DNA of 56,964 bases, filler included, from Malassezia furfur (lineage: Eukaryota): NCBI GenBank assembly GCA_052055015.1. It is 4 parts of 4 records of this genome, joined end to end, with 100 filler letters (N's around TTAATTAATTAA, not from the genome) between each part and the next. Parts side by side here need not be neighbours in the genome. Positions count along the whole stretch, not along the records: positions 42,990 to 56,964 come from JBQJIT010000295.1; 3 more parts are not named here. One strand, written 5' to 3'. Positions 55,321 to 56,964 of this stretch are shown one piece after another. The notes under the pieces are model-generated. The model had not been told where the DNA came from. It searched no databases and worked only from the letters and a program-made list of their open reading frames with translations. Each line of letters starts with the position of its first letter. The stretch's first letter is position 1. A program made the translations under genes and the position numbers.

Positions 55321-56691
55321 CTAATAGCCCTCGAGATCGAGTGCATCGAGCACCTGCGACGGGTCGTCGTCGTCGTCGTCGTACTCTTCGTCCTCCTCGT
55401 CCACGAGCTCGTCGTCGTCCACGAGCGTGTCGTCGCCCGCGCCCTCGTCGTCCACGAGTGCGTCGGCGCGTGCGTCGGCGTCGCCGGCGGGCGCGTGCGT
55501 CGCCTCGCCGAGCGGCGGCACGTCGCGGCGCCACGTGCGCTCCGTCGGGACGTGCGCGTCGTACGCGGCCACGAGCGGCGTGCGCTGCGGGTCGTGCGGG
55601 TGGGCCGCGCCGGCCGCGCGCTCGCCGCGGTACTCGCGGGGCGTGAGCGGTTCGACGTCGCCCGCGTCCTGCACGGGTCGCGCGCGCGGCGTGAGCAGCT
55701 CCATATCGTGCGAGGCGGGCGCGGCCGGCGCGCCCAGGGCGTCGTGGTCTGCGCCTGGGCCGTCGTGCATGCCGTGTGCGTGTCCCGCGGCCGAGTGTGG
55801 CCGTGAGTCGCTGTACTCGCTCGAGGCGTGGCTCGACGCGCGCTCGTCGCTGCCGCGGTGCGACAGCTCGGAAAAGTCGGAGGCCGACAGCGAGCTGGGC
55901 GTGCGTGAGCGCGGCCAGCTAGCCGCGGTCCATACCGCGCCGAAGCGCACCCGCTGCGCCTCGACGTAGTGCTCGCTGCGCTGGAAGTGGATGCGCAGCG
56001 ACGGGTGGTGGAACGCCGCGTCCTCGGTGCGCCAGTTGGGGTGCGCCGCGAGCGCGGGCCACACCCACGTCGGGATGCGCGCGCGCTCGGGCAGGAGCAC
56101 GCCGTCCGGCTCGCCGTAGTGGTCGAGGAAGTGCGCGAGGTGCTTTGGCAGGCCGTACGACGTGCCGGCCAGGCGGTTCGGCGCGACGAGCAGGCCGCGC
56201 GCGAGCTCGACGCGGATGCTCGTCTCCGTCCATGCCTGGATCTTGCGCAGGCACGCGACGAGCATGCACGTCACCTCGACGCCATCGAGGCAGTGCACGT
56301 ACAGCGGCAGATTCTCGCGGTTGAGCAGCTCGAGCATGGCGCGCGCGGCACCTTCACGGGAGAGGCCGCCCGTGTCCTCCTTCGGCTTCTCGGTGCGGAC
56401 GTGGATGATGCGCACGCCCGTCCCGCCGTTCTGCCGCTGGGCCCATGCGGCGATCGCGGGGTCGCTGTCGAGCGGCTGCGGCGTGAGCGAGACGATGGTG
56501 CGGAGATGCAGCGTCTCGAGGAACGGCAGGTTGCGCAGCTTGGGGTACGCGCCGCAGTACAGGCACTCGGAAAAGGTGGTCGCGCGCGCCATCTCCCCCG
56601 AGCTTGTCTCGGACTCTGTCGTGCCCACGCACGGCGGGGGGAACGCGATAGTGCCGAACCGCATCGGCGGCGCCAGCGGCACCCGGCCCAT
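55321..56691 (-). CDS. Siw14/Oca-family tyrosine phosphatase-like protein (Oca6-like)
   Basis: PPMRF, LYCGAYPKLRNLPFLETLHLRTIVSLTP and YVHCLDG...VACLRKIQAW; acidic tail. Confidence 0.82.
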   Translation of the reverse strand: MGRVPLAPPMRFGTIAFPPPCVGTTESETSSGEMARATTFSECLYCGAYPKLRNLPFLETLHLRTIVSLTPQPLDSDPAIAAWAQRQNGGTGVRIIHVRTEKPKEDTGGLSREGAARAMLELLNRENLPLYVHCLDGVEVTCMLVACLRKIQAWTETSIRVELARGLLVAPNRLAGTSYGLPKHLAHFLDHYGEPDGVLLPERARIPTWVWPALAAHPNWRTEDAAFHHPSLRIHFQRSEHYVEAQRVRFGAVWTAASWPRSRTPSSLSASDFSELSHRGSDERASSHASSEYSDSRPHSAAGHAHGMHDGPGADHDALGAPAAPASHDMELLTPRARPVQDAGDVEPLTPREYRGERAAGAAHPHDPQRTPLVAAYDAHVPTERTWRRDVPPLGEATHAPAGDADARADALVDDEGAGDDTLVDDDELVDEEDEEYDDDDDDPSQVLDALDLEGY

Positions 56692-56733
56692 GGTGGCTCT
56701 CGCTGTCACGTGAAGTGTTGTTGTTTGGCTACG

Positions 56734-56964
56734 ATGGCGTACGTGCGGGGTACGCAGGCGCCGATGGACCTCGAGCCGAGCACCGAGCGGCGTACGTCGC
56801 TCACTTACGCAGCGTCTGTGTTTGACGCACCGCCGCCAGACGCCGCGGGCGACGTGTCCCTGATGGACGTCGAGGAGGTTGCGCCGGAGCCGGCGTTTAC
56901 GCCGCTCGCCGTCGGCGCGCCGAGCGCCGCCGTGCCCGGCCTGCGCTCGCGCAAGGAGGGCACG
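56734..56964 (+). CDS. 5' end of a gene, possibly Brr6/Brl1 nuclear envelope protein (partial)
   Basis: MAYVRGTQAPMDLE resembles, from memory, the fungal Brl1 N-terminal xPMD motif. Candidate 21-nt intron 56792-56812. Runs off the window. Confidence 0.45.
   Translation, partial: MAYVRGTQAPMDLEPSTERRTSLTYAASVFDAPPPDAAGDVSLMDVEEVAPEPAFTPLAVGAPSAAVPGLRSRKEGT

Overview
Eukaryotic, very gene-dense, GC-rich (roughly 60-68% by spot counts) fungal DNA. It is most consistent with Malassezia, a genus assignment inferred from compactness, tiny GTRCGT...CTRAC...YAG introns and basidiomycete-type proteins. I can support about 34 protein genes, mostly housekeeping: CHS7, CDC11, SER3, RSM25, SRP68, MED14, MDM20, EME1, APC4, KU80, a ligase I paralogue, ALG1, UFD2, SUI2, SSL2, SHR3, three tandem aldo-keto reductases and a SUN-domain protein. 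There is also one tRNA-Leu(TAA) and three artificial 100-nt scaffold linkers. Highlights: (1) a ~260-bp, ~13% GC core at ~20.0-20.26 kb inside a broad GC trough, a probable centromere; (2) a catalytically degenerate Mutator-transposase-derived gene (MuDR/MULE/SWIM/AT-hook/CCHC) with no visible TIRs, probably domesticated; (3) about 44 predicted introns, many only 20-25 nt, which hide a complete meiotic REC8, an O-acetyltransferase and a 52-aa microprotein from the ORF track; (4) an atypical tRNA-Leu; (5) extreme gene packing, including start codons overlapping in one CATG. All gene models and protein family calls were made by eye, and no database search was run.
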